64,000 nucleotides of DNA from Lama guanicoe. Taxonomy: Eukaryota. The stretch spans positions 6,965,824 through 7,029,823 of the forward strand of contig MU054391.1 in the NCBI GenBank assembly GCA_013239625.1, given 5' to 3'. Below, one piece after another: positions 35,919 through 49,768 of the stretch; the first letter of the stretch is position 1, and each line of letters starts with the position of its first letter. The translations under genes were made by a program, and so were the position numbers. Below the pieces are notes generated by a model, which saw nothing but the letters and a program-made list of their open reading frames with translations, did no database searches and was not told the origin of the DNA.

Positions 35919-38900
35919 GTAAGTCCTTCCTGTGCTCTCCTCTACAGTTCTGGGCCTGTGACGGGCGGGGACAAGAGGGCCACTGGTTGCCTTGGGGCCC
36001 AGGCCGCCTTTGGGGCTCTGCATCCGCCTGTCACACAACCCCGCTTATTCGTTTTTTTGTGGAATGGAACACAAATGAGAGTTATTTTAAAAATGTGACT
36101 ACCTTCCTTAGAAAGCCCATCAGTTAGTACTGATTTTTTTGTACCTGTAGCCATCACTTTCCTAAGTCCCCACCTGGGTCAGGAACAGGGTCCAGACCCT
36201 GTCCTCGACACTCTCGGAGGCCAGCAGACACGAAGCAGGAGGAGAGTAAGTCTGAGCATGTGTCCCTGCTTCTGGGACCGTCAAGTCCTGAGTGATGGCC
36301 CAGGCCCCTCCACCGTTCTCTCCTTCACTTCACCTCTCCCCTCTCACTCTGATCATTCTTATCCTGCCTTACGGGTGGGCTTGGACCTGCTAATGAACGT
36401 GCCCAGGGGTGCAGGTGTTAAAAAAACAGGTCCAGGATTCAAACTCAGGTCTTCCTGGCTCTAGGCTGTACCTGTGAACCATCACACCCCCGGTCCTGCG
36501 TCTGGTCAAGGTCAGCGTCGGGAAGCCATGGCCTTGATCTTCCGAAGCACCGCTGGCCCACGCGGAGGCCCCAGCTTCTGCGCAGAGTCTAGGCCAAGCC
36601 TTCCCAAGCCTGGCTCCCGTTTGTTCAGACGGTTATCGAGCTTTTACTCCGCCCCTGGCCCTGTGCTCGGTGTGCGCCCCATTTGTGGAGCAAAATCACG
36701 GGAGATGTGAAGTTTGGGCTGAGAGCCCGGAGAGCTGGCTCCCGTCCCGTGTCTGACCCCAGGCCACAGTGTCCTCATCTGCAGAGTGGGCAGGTGCTTT
36801 CCGTGTGGCCCCTCACCTGGCCTGGTGTCGCCTTCTCAGAGAGCTGGGCTAGCAGAAGGGTGGGTAATGACCCGTCTACTTCAGACGTAGCCTCAGGAAT
36901 AATCTTCATGGCAGAAGCAAGTTGGATTATGAGAGTTTATGAGAAAAACTAGGTTGAACCATCCCTCTCCCACCTTATTTCTTCTGTACTTTCCATGTGT
37001 ACAAACATTTAAACCTCACTTTTATGCGTGATACGGCCCCCAAAGCTGGGTAGGGACCTGCACTTTAGTGGATATCTTTGAGGACGTTTTATGTCTCAGG
37101 CTCTGTGTGAAGGGAAGAGGGGGACTGACCCAGAGAAGAAAGAGAAATGGTTCCGGCCGTGAGGGCCGGGGGAACACGATGGTGTAAACTCTGAAACACG
37201 CAGCAGGAGAATGCTGACTAGAGGGGCGGATATGGCTCTGGGACAATGACCAGGGGGAGAAAGAGTTTTGGCCAATTCTTTCTTAAGGCAGGTCCATGGG
37301 CTGATTGTAACTAGTATTTGAAAACCAGAAAAATCCAGAAAATTCACTCTACCAGGAAAGCTCAGGGAGTCATTCTCTCTCACGTTTAATTTGCTTATCA
37401 AGGCCGCTCAGGACGAAATGTGCTGGGTGTGCTGGGAAGACGGCCTGGTGAGTGGGTTAGTGTTTGATCTGGCGGTGGCCAGGGGTTTGCCCGAATTCCT
37501 CCCCTTTGTGACTGTAAAGGAATTGCGAGGGTAATAAATCAAGAAGGCTCTGTGTCTTGAAATGTGGAGACAAGGATCTTTCAGTTCATTCACCACCAGC
37601 CCCGGAACAGCTTCAGCCCCTCAGGCGGGGAGCGTAGAGGAAGTGGGGTCTTTGTTAATTGCTTGCCAAAAAGCCAGCGGAGGTGGATAACAAGGGCCGG
37701 CTGGTAATAACCAATGCTTTCTTCTTTTAAAATAACTTTATGCTCTCGGCCTGCACACTTAACACTGTTTAGATTTCCTGCAATTAACCCTGATGGCTGT
37801 ACAGGGCACGGTGGCCCCGCCGCCCTCTGGGGGCCAGGGCTCTGCGCATTTTAGTGACCTTATAAAATGGAGGCTGTGGAGTATCTTGGAGGAAGCGGCA
37901 GCTTTCGGCCCCAACGCCCCCATAATTTATAATGAAGGGAGTGTCATTTTAGTGACTTTGAATCAGTGGAGGGATTTTTGTCTGAAAAAGCAGAAAGATT
38001 AAAACCTCGGGTGTGTGTTTCAGTTTTCTGATGGTAATTCATCAAAATTGGCTGTTAGCTAAGACACAGGAGAAGAAAACGTCCAGCTAGAATGTTCGTT
38101 TCTGAGATGGGAGTGAATGAGTCCTTTGTTCATCCAGCAGGCAGATAACTAAGCACTTATGGAACGTATAACTCCAAACCGAAGGTGGACTCTAAGTTCA
38201 GCCTGGGGCCCCAAAGCCAAGTGGGACCTGGTCCTTCCTGGGAGCTCAGTGCCTTTGGGAGGACACAGGCCAGCCAGGACTCAGCTTGGAGGTCTGTATC
38301 CACAACCACAGAAACTGAGTTTCAGCTAAGTCCCTGTGCAGCAGGCTCCAGCCGAGGGCTTCAGGTGCTGCAAAGACCCTGAAGGATGTCCTGACTCCCA
38401 GTGATGGGAGACTGTCTCAGAGGACACGATGATGGAGTTGGACCCTGAAAATGAATGGAATTTTGCCCCTTGGAGAGGAGCAGCAGCAGCAAATGAGCCT
38501 AACAGCAGCTACGTTACTGAGCACCTATCGTGCTGGAAACCGTTGCAGTTAAAATAACCCAGGGAGGTGGGTACGTTGTTACCTAGCATTTATATATGAA
38601 GAAACAGGCACAGAGAGGTTAACTGACTTGCTCAGGGTCACCCAGCGACTAAGTGGCAGGTCCTGAATTTGAACCCAGATGTCTGGCCCTGGTGTTCATA
38701 CCCTGGGGGTTGAAGGGCATCTGAGGCAGAAGGAGTCTCGCGCATGAAGGAGCTTGGCACTGGAGGAATGGCAAGAGCTCCCTGTGGCTGGGACTTGACG
38801 CAGGGCCCAGGCTGCAGCAGGGGCTGCAAGGAGAAGGGGTCGTTGGGTCCCATTTGGAAAAGGCTGTGGTACCCAGGATAACAGTTTCAAACTACAGACA

Positions 38901-38919
38901 TAGAGTGATGAGTCGGATT

Positions 38920-39340
38920 GTATCAGGGTATCTATCTTTCATCTTTAACAGTTACTAACACGTGGCCAACATTGTTTCACTTATAACTCTTCTTTCTTCT
39001 TGACCTTCCAAATTATTTTGAAGCAAATCCCAGACATCATGTCATTTCATCTGTAAACAGTTCAGCATGTATCTCTCAACGACAAGGGCTTTTTGTTGAA
39101 AATCCAATACTGTTATCATATCTAAAAAATTTAAAAATAATTTCTTAATATCAAATCCTCCAATGTGTTCAAATTTTGTTTTGTAATTATGCTCATAGTT
39201 GGAGTTTTGAATCGAGAGCCAAGCAAGATCCTCCCAAGGCATTTGGTTAAGATGGTTCTGAAGTCTCTTACTTATTGTCTCTCTTCATTTGCACGTCCTT
39301 CCTTCCTCATTTTTCTCTTATGGTTTATATGTTGAAGAGC
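38920..39340 (-). mobile_element. Ancient L1M 3' fragment
   Basis: L1M-like text (aagcaaatcccagacatcatgtcatttcatctgtaaa); boundaries approximate. Confidence 0.55.
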
Positions 39341-42300
39341 CATTGGAAATACTCCAATAAGGTGGTTTGTAAAGATCTCTTGGAGGTCGCCTGAATGATT
39401 GATGTTTATTGAAAGGGAGACGCCGAGGCAGGGGACCAGATGATTACAGCATCCTGAGAGTTATGTTTCAAACCTCCCACCGTCGTACCATCAGCTTCCC
39501 TCGTCTTTTGTCCTGCCTCCCTCGCCCCGTCCTGTCTGGAATCCTGATGCTGCTCCTGTATTTTCCCTGCCGAGCGTGGGCATTTGCACCCATATGCCTC
39601 ACTCCCTGCTGGCTCGTCCGGGTTACTCTCCCCACGCGCATGTGGGAAGACCACAAGCAGAAGCCCCACCTCCAGAGACCCAGGTAGATCATTCCTAGAC
39701 TTGAGTTGGAATTTGGCCGGAATATCAAAGCTGGGGGCTATAGACTTGTTTTTCCTGATTTGTTATTAGGCTACGTTTACTTCCACAAACAGGATCAAGA
39801 TGGGAAAGACAGAAATCCAAAAAAAAGTGAAAAAGGAAAAAATGGCCCAAAGCCTACCACTCCAAATTGAGCATGCTATTTTATTTTGCCCATTTTCTTT
39901 TCCATTTGCCATCCAGTTGGGGCTTTAAAATGATGTTTGCAGCTTATATTCACAGCATAGATGTAATGGCAGTTTCTGGGGCTTTTTGTTTGTTTGTTTT
40001 ACTTAACGTGCTACAATGAACCAGAGACATCTTGGTTTCCTCCTAAGTCCCTGTTTATATTCAGGGAACAGGAGGGTGGCCGTTCAGCTTGCCAGGTTAG
40101 CATGTGCCTGCCTGTGACAGCTCCTTCCTTGAAAGGAGCACAGAGGCACCACTCAAGGTCCAACCTCATCTTCAAGGTCCAGTGTAAGTCCCGCCTCCTC
40201 AGGATGACTTCCTGGAACTGTCTTCCTGAACATCTCCTGTCCCTTTACCTGTTCTTCCCATGCACGCTGCCCCAGCTTAGCAGAAAGGAGCTGCAGGCTC
40301 CCCTTCTATGAAAGAAGAGAAGGATTTAGGTGTAGGACTGCTGTTTGGAGATTTAAGCAAGCCTGAGCATGAAGCTTCTCACAGACTCTGGGATGCTGCT
40401 CAAATGAGAGGAGCTGCTGGTGTGGCCGCTGGTCCTTCTGGTCGGTGCTTACCACCGCCTCCTGTGGAGTTAAGGATTTGTGTTTGTCCTTTCCTCCAGA
40501 CAATTAGTGGCTATATTTTTATTGGTCTTCCTCAGGGCACCTGGTTTCATCCCAGCAAGTGTTCTTTAAATGAGAGCTCAAAACATCCGTGTACTCAAAA
40601 ATAGTTGTCAAATTTGCATCTTCATGAAGGGTTGCCAGCTTGGTCCAGGTGACCGCTTGCTTGGGGACAGCAGCCTGGACTCAGGCCTCCCTGGGCATCG
40701 GGTGAAGGGGCAGGGAGGCACAGAGGGCGGGTGGGCCTGGATGACTGGTCCGTGACCCTTCGTACCTGGAGCAGTGGCTGCAGTGAGGCCTCCTTGGACT
40801 GGTTCAGGAAGGAAGGCTTAGGCACCCAGAGCCATCCTGGTTGGAGGGGACCCTCTGCAAAGGGAGGGGCTCTAGCAGTAAACCTGGGCTCCCCCAGCCA
40901 TAAGCCATGAACTCAGAGGCTGCCCACCACATCCAAGGGAAGCCACTGTGGATGCCTCAAAAAAGAATCATCTATCTGGTTCTGGAAGGATGCATAGCGC
41001 CCATTTAGTCCTCACCTTCCCTCTTACAGTTAGGAAACCCGAACCCGGAGAGACCGAGCCACTTCCCCCGTATCTCATGGCACCGTGAGGGGCTGTGTAG
41101 GGTTGGACTTGAGTCTCCTGACCCTGGCTACCCTCTGCCCTCTGATCCAGCCCTGCCTGTCCGAGGGAGAGGAAGGGAAGTGACATTTACTGAGTACCTG
41201 TTGAGTGCTAGACATGTACTGGGCACTGCTCCTACAAGACAGACTTTGTGAGGAGAGAGCACAGCAGACAGGTTCAGTCCCAACTCAGGATACCTCCTAC
41301 CTGCAGCCGCAGGCCAGTTACTTCCTCACGGCCTTGACTTGCTCATCTGTAAACTGGGGGACCTACTGTGAATTCTTTGTAGGGCTTCATGAGGTTAAGA
41401 TGAGAATGTTTATAATGTGAAGTGCTGGCACAGGCCTGGCACGTGGTCGGTGAGCAATAGATGTTCGCTGTTGTCCTGTTTACAGTTGAGAGCTGAGAGA
41501 TGTCGATTAACCTGCCCGAAGTCACTTCACCAGCAAGGCGGGGCTTGAACCCACACGTGTCTCACTGGACAAAGGCCTGTAACCTGTTTGGCTGCTCCTG
41601 GAAGGCGACGGCAGCGCAGGCCTTGGTGAAGTGCTCTTAGCATCCCTGGTCTTGCAGTTCTCTTTCACGTTCATCCATCTTTTCAACACTCGGGGTCAGA
41701 ATCCCTTCCAGGGACCTTGGGAGGTTTCTCAGGGCCTCACTCTTAGATAGCAGTGGGGCTGTTTATCTCAAGGTTCCCAGGTTGGAGACAAAGGAGTAAA
41801 TAAAAACATTAGTGTACAAAATTAGAAAATGTTAGGAATATTACAACATTAGAACATAAAAATTTTGCAGTGTGTGCAGAAGTCCTGAGTGTTCGCTCAG
41901 ATGGCTGCCTGGTTCCTCCCTCCTCCCTCTGATGGTTACTGTCTCTCCTGTGCCAGGTGCTAGTCTGAGCACATGAACTTCTGCACGCAGACGCAATCCA
42001 CACCTCCCCGCGGTCACTCTGTGTCACCACTTTTCTCTTGTGTTAACCAGCAGCTCTGTGAGTCCAGTTTGAATAGACTTTACAGTTTGTAAAGGTCTTC
42101 CAAACACGGTTTCTGGACTTTAATAGTTCGCAGGAGGTGGTCTGGGCGTCACCGCTGCACAGGTGGCCTTCCCAGAGCCTCTTGGCTGAACTCCGTCCAC
42201 TCCCAGAAAGACCCACCCTGGCCTCAGACAGCAGGACACTTACAGCGAGGCACCACCCTCGGTAGCTTGTCTCCCCTCCGCGGCTGCTGGGCCCACAGAT

Positions 42301-42762
42301 GTCACTGGCCACCATTCTGGCCGTGCCTGGCAGACCTCTTGATTGCTTTTCAGCAGCTCATGGAGGGGATTCTGGACTCTGAAGAGGTCTCCCAAAGGAT
42401 CCAATCTCAAGGTTCTAACTGCTTTGAGATTCCGGGACTAGCCAGCCCTGAAGGAAACGGGCAGAGCAAAGCCGTGCAGGCCGTTGGTCAGTGTAAACAG
42501 CTGAAGGGGACGGTTCCTGTCCTGTAAGATTTGCTCTTCACAGAGGCCTTCGCATATGCCCCTAGGCAAGTGCAGCCTTCCAGGCTTACCGGGCCTGTCT
42601 CCACGACCGAGTCCTCTTGGCCTTTCTCCTATCTGAGTCAAGGCCATCTTGACGCGGGGCCAGCATAAGCTGACCTCTGCCCTGTGGACGTCTCTGGTTG
42701 GTGGTGCAGGACATGAATGCATGGAGGTGAGATGGGGGCATGCATGCTGTTTCCTCCTCCAG

Positions 42763-42945
42763 GTTTCTCTGGGAATTGTGTTGGCTGCGGCAAGAAAGGC
42801 TTCTGTTACTTCACGGAGTTCTCCAACCACATCAATCTGAGGGTGACCACGCAGCCAAAGAAGCAGAAACACCTGAAGTGTTACCTGATCCGCAATGCAC
42901 AGGGTGCTCTGACCACAGGGCCCCTCATTTGCTGGAAAGGCTCAG
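42763..42945 (+). CDS. GREB1: GREB1 coding exon 4 ([17 protein letters not shown]...ICWKGS)
   Basis: Acceptor cctccag; 183 nt; donor CAG|GTGAGC. Confidence 0.97.
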
Positions 42946-43161
42946 GTGAGCAGTTCGGCTCTGGCGGGTGGGGGCTCCTTCAGAGGGGCCCGGGGCCTGT
43001 CCGCACGACTCCGGGGTGCAGGACTGTGGGCTGGAGGTCAGCCCTGTGAAATGAAAGCCTGCCTTTGCACTACTGGCGTCTAGTTTATAGGATCAGCCCA
43101 CTGTATGGGACCATTCCGAGTGCCATACCATGCTGTGCCTTCTTGTGGCCAGTATTTGGGG

Positions 43162-43378
43162 CAAGGTTCTCAACCAGGGATGGTTTTGTCCCCCAGGGGA
43201 CATCTGGTAGTTTCTGGAGACACCTTTGATCACCGTGATGGGAGAGAGCTACTGACACCTTGTGGGTGGAGGCCAGGGATGCAGCTAAACACTGCTGTGC
43301 ACAGGCAGCCCCCCCACCCCCGCCCTGCCGGAGAATTAGGCGGTCCGGTGTCAGTGGTGCCAAAGCAGAGAAGCCTTG
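43162..43378. mobile_element. MER20 (hAT-Charlie non-autonomous DNA transposon)
   Basis: ggttctcaacc...ccccaggggacatctgg...tctggagaca...gaggccagggatgc...gagaagccttg, with residual terminal inverted repeats. Confidence 0.85.
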
Positions 43379-44401
43379 GCTTAGAGAAAGATCAGCTCAG
43401 ATAGGCCCCACTCCCCGTCTTGAAGCCTGTTGTGAACCATGAACAGAAAGACCAGCTTCCTGGTGCTGGTCCTAGAAGAGGTGAGTGGGCTCCGGCTTTA
43501 GGAAAGGGCACGCGCCGCCCTTCTGTGTCTCCCTGTACCCTCGTGACTGCAGTCAGCTATGAGGCCAGAGAGGAGGCGCTGGATTTTCTAGGCCCAGGTA
43601 CTCACTGAGATACCCCCACTCAAACAAACTGTGGAGGGACATGTCCTAGAAGGGTTCTCAGCAAGATGACCAGGAGAGCCAGCCTGTTGTCCCCTCCCTT
43701 GTCTGCATTAGTTCACTCTGGTCACCCGGAGTCTCCCAGCCAGCTTCTGTGAGTAGGAGGAAGGCGCTTCAGGAGGGGCTGGCTCTGGGCGTTCCTCCCC
43801 TGTCCCCTCCCATCACTCCTTTCCTTCCCCTCTCCTTTTCTTGCATTGCTCAATAAATACTTCCTGAGCTCCTGCGATGTACATGCCTGACATTTTCTAG
43901 GTGCTGGGGAGGCAGTGCTTCTTCCCCTTGTGGGACCAGATAAGAGACCTTGGTCACTTGCAATGAAGAAGCACCTCACAGGTTAGATACCTCATGGGAG
44001 TTAATCTTCCCAACAGAGAGTGACTTAGGCGGTGGAGGAAGGTGTCAGCTGTTCCTTTGCCTTCCAGTGATGCCCTGCTCTCCCCAAGGACTTGAAGGGC
44101 GGCAGCTGGAGGTCTTATCTGTATCACATGTTTTTCTCTTTCTCCCAAGTGGTCATTATTGATCCTGCTCCCTGCAGTCAGAGCTGTCCCTCAGAGAGGT
44201 CCTGTGCCCTTGGCACCAAGCCTGGAGGTTGTCGCACCTCCTCCTCCCCTGGCTACACCAAGGCAGACTGGGATGGTGTTGGCACCATTGTGGTCAGCTC
44301 TGTTCCTGGCTCTCCTGCAGGACACACTCTGGTCTAGGAAGTCATCTCACATGCAGGGGAGGAGTAGTGAGTTGGTTTTCACGTGTGCATCTTCCCTGTA
44401 G

Positions 44402-44545
44402 AGTTCAGAAGCCGGCAGGCGTCCGCCGGAGCGTGTTCCAGCTCTTTGTTCCCTCTGCTGGAGAGCTCCGGGCCCCCGGCTCCCTTCCCCAGCGAGCCCG
44501 TTCCTGGGACGAACCCGAGCGCCCCGCTGGGAGCAGCGCAGGCAG
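44402..44545 (+). CDS. GREB1: GREB1 coding exon 5 (EFRSRQASAG...GAAQA)
   Basis: Acceptor ccctgtag; 144 nt; donor CAG|GTGAGG. Confidence 0.94.
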
Positions 44546-45886
44546 GTGAGGCGATGGAGCTGCGCCAGACATGCCAGGAGTGGGTTTTAGTCTCCCCATT
44601 GTACCAGCGGGGAAACTGAGGCACAGAGATGCTTGCCTCGGGTCTCACATGTAGTCGGATTTGACAGCAGGCATTTCTGGTTCATGTGCTTGGAGTTCAC
44701 TGTGCTGAACAGACCTGATTAGCAGGTGGCTGTTATCAAATAGATCGCCACCTCCTTCTCGGTGACCGTGGTGGGTTGGTTATTGTCATTCCTCCCACTC
44801 AGGGGGTCAGTAGAGGGGACCAGGGCCCTTGCCCCACTGGGCTCGTCACATCCATAACGAAGAGGGTGCACCTGGGCTGGGAGCACACTCTCCTCCAGAG
44901 ACACGTGCCCCCCACTCTTCGTGGTGTCTGCTGTTGTCCTCACTGTGCCCAGACCTGTCACCCTGTGGCAAATGGAGAGATCAGCGTTTTTGCAGTTGGA
45001 AAACGGTGTGAGTTTCAGCACTGCTAACTCGTAGCTGAGTGATTTGGGGGCAACTCATTTTTAACTCTTTGAGTCTCCATTTCCTGAACGATTGGAGAAA
45101 AATCTTTTCTGTCTAATTTGCAGGGTGATTGTAAGAATTCAGTACAATGATAGTAGTAACAAACACTTAGGACACACTTTACGTCTGTTAACCCATGTCA
45201 CCCTCACAGCGGCTCTGTCGTTACCCCCGTCTCCTAGGTGAGAACGTTGACGTGTAGGGAGGTTACAGAAGTTAAGCAGAGTTACACAGCTAGTCAGCAA
45301 CAGAGCTGGGATTCAGACCCAGGTCGCCTGGCTTCAGAACCTCATCCTTAACCCCCGCCCCAGCCCCCCACATGCCACCTTACCCACAGGAAGCGTTCTG
45401 TGCTGCTCCTGGCTCTGGAGCACCTTGCAGGCCCTTCTGGCTGGTGTGGGTGACTTAGAAGACCAGACTTGCCCCCAGAATTCTCCTCGGACCCAGAGAG
45501 CCCTGTGGGCAGCCTGGACTTGGGTGACTGCACACCCGGCAGCTTTCCTGAGCCAGTGTGACACGAACCTGAACTTGAGAGGGTGGAAGGGAGCGGGGGA
45601 TGGAGAGCAGTTGCAGGGGTACTCCTGGAATCCAGGGGACTCTGCTGGCTGCTCCCGTCCCCTGGCCGTTCTTTCACCAGGAGTGCTCACTGGAGCACAA
45701 GCAGAAGTGTGTGTGCACACCACGTGTCTGCTTTCTCAGTGGGGCGGAATCACTCTGTCAGGAGCTCTGGCCCCCGAGGGGACTTGTCAGTGAAAAGCTA
45801 ATTTGTGAAAACTGGGGGAGAAGTGATTTCCTGCTTGCTGGGCTCACAGAAGTCCTTGTCTCCTCCTTGTTTCTCTCTGCTGTCAG

Positions 45887-46015
45887 GACCAGCCTCTGAT
45901 CACCCCTCACTCACCGCAGCAATGGGTCTGGCTGTTTTCAACGGCAAAGATTCCCCGAAGCATCAGCCGCTGGTGAAGAACAACCTATCTGCTGGGCCGC
46001 GCCCCTCGGCATTAG
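45887..46015 (+). CDS. GREB1: GREB1 coding exon 6 (GPASDHPSL...PRPSAL)
   Basis: Acceptor ctgtcag after a long pyrimidine tract; 129 nt; donor TAG|GTAGCT. Confidence 0.94.
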
Positions 46016-49000
46016 GTAGCTTTGCCCGTCCCATCTGGGAGCCCTGCTTTGCTCTGGACCAAGGCGGTGAGGGGGTCGGGGACACGGGAGCCACTGTGCT
46101 GGGGCCCCTGAGCCTCCTGGAATTGGGGGGCTTGGAATGAGAGTCAGGCTGGGTCAGCAGGTGCCTCCTGAGTCTGTGGGGCTGTGCCCAGGCCCTGGTG
46201 CCGGGTGTGTGCCAAGATGCAGTGAAGAATCAGATAGGTAAGAATTCCAAACCCAGCTCTCTAATTAGTTGAGGGATCTTGGGCAAGACTTTTGGCTAAG
46301 GATCTAAAGATGAGAGTTCTGCTCTGAGGGCAATTGAGAAGATTCAATGAGGTGCTACATGGGAGTTCAGGGCACATCTGGCAGCTCACTAAGGGGCACC
46401 ATTATTTAACTGGTCTCTTCAGGGAGGGCTTCCTGGAGGAGGTGGCAACTGAGCTGTAACTTACTGCTGGGGAAGCACTGATTAGAGATGGTATGCGAGG
46501 AAGTGAGGAAGAGGGATGAGGAGGCGAGGGTCTGAGTGAGAAAGGTGGGTGAAGAGGTTAAGCAGGCCTCCTGCTGGAGTTGAGGCCGTGGGTCAAGGAA
46601 GAGGCAGAGGCAGAGCAGCCCCAGGACCCTGCTCTCCCTGTGAGTTCAGTGCTCTCCCTCCGCACTTGCCTGGAGTCATTTCATAGACAGATCTTACCTC
46701 TCTCCTCCCTCCTGCGTGTACACAGCTACATGGAATGTTAGGACCCCGGACTGTCACGGGACGAGCCCCTCGAAGACATCTAGTCCAACCTTCTTTACAG
46801 AGGAAAGTGCAGCCCAGAGAGGCAGCCAGGCTGGATCCAGGCCTCCTTGCTTTTCTGACACGCCTGGTGGAGGACTTCCCTGGTGGAGGAATCGTCTCCC
46901 TCTTAGTTGAAGGAACAACGTCTTTTCTGAAATAGATCTGATACTTGCCAGTCCTAACCAGAGTGTCCATTCTGTGGTCTGAGGTCAAGTCTTTGTAACT
47001 CCCCTCCCCGACACCACAGTGTGAGGAACCCTAGGCAGGCACCCACTTTTCTTCCTGTGACTGTTCTCAGCTAGGTGCTGGGCCGCTGGGATGGTGCCGG
47101 GAGGCTGTGTTGTTGGTGCCTCCCCTCCCTGCACTGGCCTGGCACGGAGGGCTTAAAAGATGCTGGCCGAGCCGAGGGGGGTTGGATCATTAAAGGCACA
47201 GCTGAAGCATCAGAGATTCTGTGCCTCCCACCTGCTCTGTGGAGAGCTGGAATCAATTTTAAGAAGCTGCTTCTGAAGCTGTGTGGAGTGTTTAATGAAG
47301 GCTTGGGGGCTGTCACTCAGGGGTTCTCAGCAGAAGTGCTGTCCCTGTGGAGGTAAGGGGCTGGGGAGTGTCAGGATCCTTTTTTTGATTGTCCCATCTC
47401 GGGGGTCAGGGTGTGCCATGCCCTGCAGTGAGTAGGCTACATGATGAAGACTTGTCACCCAAAGTGCCAAATAGTATCCCCCTACTACCAGGACATGTGG
47501 CCAGAAATAGCTGGTCCATGGGGCAGCTCCTGGTGACGTCATTCTGGGAGAGTTCATGAGCTTAGAGTCCACTTAGAGGCCGTTAGTGTTCGCATCCCAA
47601 AGGGAGAAAACATCTGTAAATCATCCATCCTTAATACCAAGGCCCAACCCCACTGCCTTCTCCGCTTTGATAGTTTAATAGGGGTTTTAGAGGAGCTGAC
47701 ATCTTAGTCTTAGTGGGAGCTCTTCCACCGGCTCTTGAGGACAGATGTTTGGGGAGGCGAAGATGTGGTTCTAACTGGAACAAAGATAACAGAAGCTGCC
47801 CAAGAGGTTGCGGGGGTCCAAGGGGCCCACCTGTTTGAAAGCTCTTTGTAAACAAAGTACTTCTCGTTTTTTAACTTTTGAACCACTTGATTTTACTCAG
47901 TCAGTCTAAAGAAGAGGTAGCAATAATTGTGGATGACTTTCAAGAGACTCTAAAGCAGTAATTCTCACACTGCGCTCGCCTAGGCATAGCCCGGATGCTT
48001 GTGAGTGCTGTGTCCTCTCATCTCTGGAGATTTGATTCCATAGGAGTGGACAATTTTCACGAGCTCCTGCTAGTTCTGTCCAGCTTTCTCTCAGGCCAGG
48101 TCTAGAGTAACATTGCTCTAAACCCGCATTAGTCAGCCCTGGAGTGGTTTAGAATCACCAGGAGCTCAGGGGAGGTGGGGGGGCGTCATCAGGATGCATT
48201 CCCTCCCCCCACCAGCTGGGGTTCTGGTTTCCTGGGGATGGGGCTACATCCGGGAATAGTTTTAAATTTTAAATTTTTTATTTGATTGATTGATTGATTG
48301 ATGTATAGTCAGTTTATAATGTGTCACGGTTTAACATGTAGCTCTAAATGTAGGGGGGATTTTGTGTCAAAAAAAAAGTATAGTAACGAATTCTTGATAT
48401 TTTGGATACCCCAAGAACATATCATGAGTCATGCTCATGCTGCTCTCTAGAGTGGGCAGGGGTGACTCATGAAAAGCAGTGGGTACCAGCTTCTGGTCCC
48501 CTTGAGATTTTTAATCTGAAATTAGCTTTCAAGGCTGGGGTGGGGAGAGGGGCACAGGTGGATCAGTACTGCCTCCAAGTGGTGAAACTGCGGTGATGGC
48601 TGAAATGCAGCTGCGGCTTGTCTGCAGAAACCCCTGTTCCTCTATTGGAACGTGTAGATAATGATGGTGATGATGTGGGTCTCGGTGGCTACCATTTATT
48701 GGACCCAAATTCTGTGCTTTACGTATATTCTCTTTAGTCCTGATCAAACCACCTTCCAGAGTAGATTTTATTACCCTGCTGTAAAGGTGAAGGAGGTAAT
48801 TAAGGCTTAGAGAGCTAAAGCTCAGACATTTGCACAACTTTGGAATGAAATATTTGCAGAGGATGACAGGATACTTCCTTAAGCCCAGATACTTTGCTAG
48901 ATGCTAAAACCCATTGTAAAATTGTGATTTAAAAAAAAATGACAAATAAGTGTTCTCCAAATCAAGGGAACGTTTCATGGACGCTTGCCCTAGTGACAGC

Positions 49001-49027
49001 CTAATCTATACTCTGAATGTTGCCTAG

Positions 49028-49141
49028 GTATCTTATCCAACTCTGGGCCCCCCAAAAAGCGCCACAAAGGGTGGTCTCCAGAATCTCCATCAGCTGCAGA
49101 CGGCGGCTACCCCCAGGGTGGTGGGAACAGAGCTAAGTATG
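49028..49141 (+). CDS. GREB1: GREB1 coding exon 7 (GILSNSGPPKKRHKGWSPE...RAKY), basic NLS-like motif
   Basis: Acceptor tgcctag; 114 nt; donor ATG|GTAAGT. Not present in the ORF track. Confidence 0.95.
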
Positions 49142-49624
49142 GTAAGTGGCAATAGCCTTGCCCCAAATCCAAGGCTTGGGTACTAGTGGTGGTGGTGCCA
49201 CTGGCTGTGTGTGTGTGTGTGTGTGTGCGCGCACACTTTTGTGTATATTGGCGAGAAAGTTCTATGGAGACAGGGCTGGGTATAATAAAAGACTCTCTTT
49301 CTTATATATTAGACTTGTTTAACAAAGCCCAGGATCCCTACACAGTATTGAACTCCCTGATCCTAGAGGAATTAAAAAAAAGCTTACCTGTCACTTGGCA
49401 GGGCTATTAAAGAGGAGGAAACAGGTTGTTTGGTGGGGAAGGTTGGACCCAGGGACCTTAATGCGGCTTTTGACCGTAGGAATCTGCGATTCCCAGGCTG
49501 GGTGCCCCTGGAGATGGGGAGAGGGTCCATTTGAGGCAGATCTGTTGGCTGGTCTGACGTCAGATCTGCCAGAGGCAGATTCCTTGTCTGATGTATCTTC
49601 CTAACGCTCTTGGCGTGTTTCTAG

Positions 49625-49768
49625 AGAATGCAGGCATGACCTGCATGCCCCAGGTTGGCTTGGTGGGACCGGCCTCAGTCACCTTTCCCGTTGTGGCCTC
49701 CGGAGAACCAGTGTCTGTTCCTGACAACTTGCTGAAAATATGCAAGGCCAAGCCGGTGATCTTTAAAG
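49625..49768 (+). CDS. GREB1: GREB1 coding exon 8 (ENAGMTCMPQVG...KAKPVIFK)
   Basis: Acceptor tttctag; 144 nt; non-canonical donor AAG|GCAAGT. Confidence 0.94.

Noticed and set aside
35463..36038. 191-aa minus-strand ORF
   Set aside because: GC-rich shadow of coding exon 3 and its flanks; low-complexity Arg/Pro/Gly, no recognisable family.
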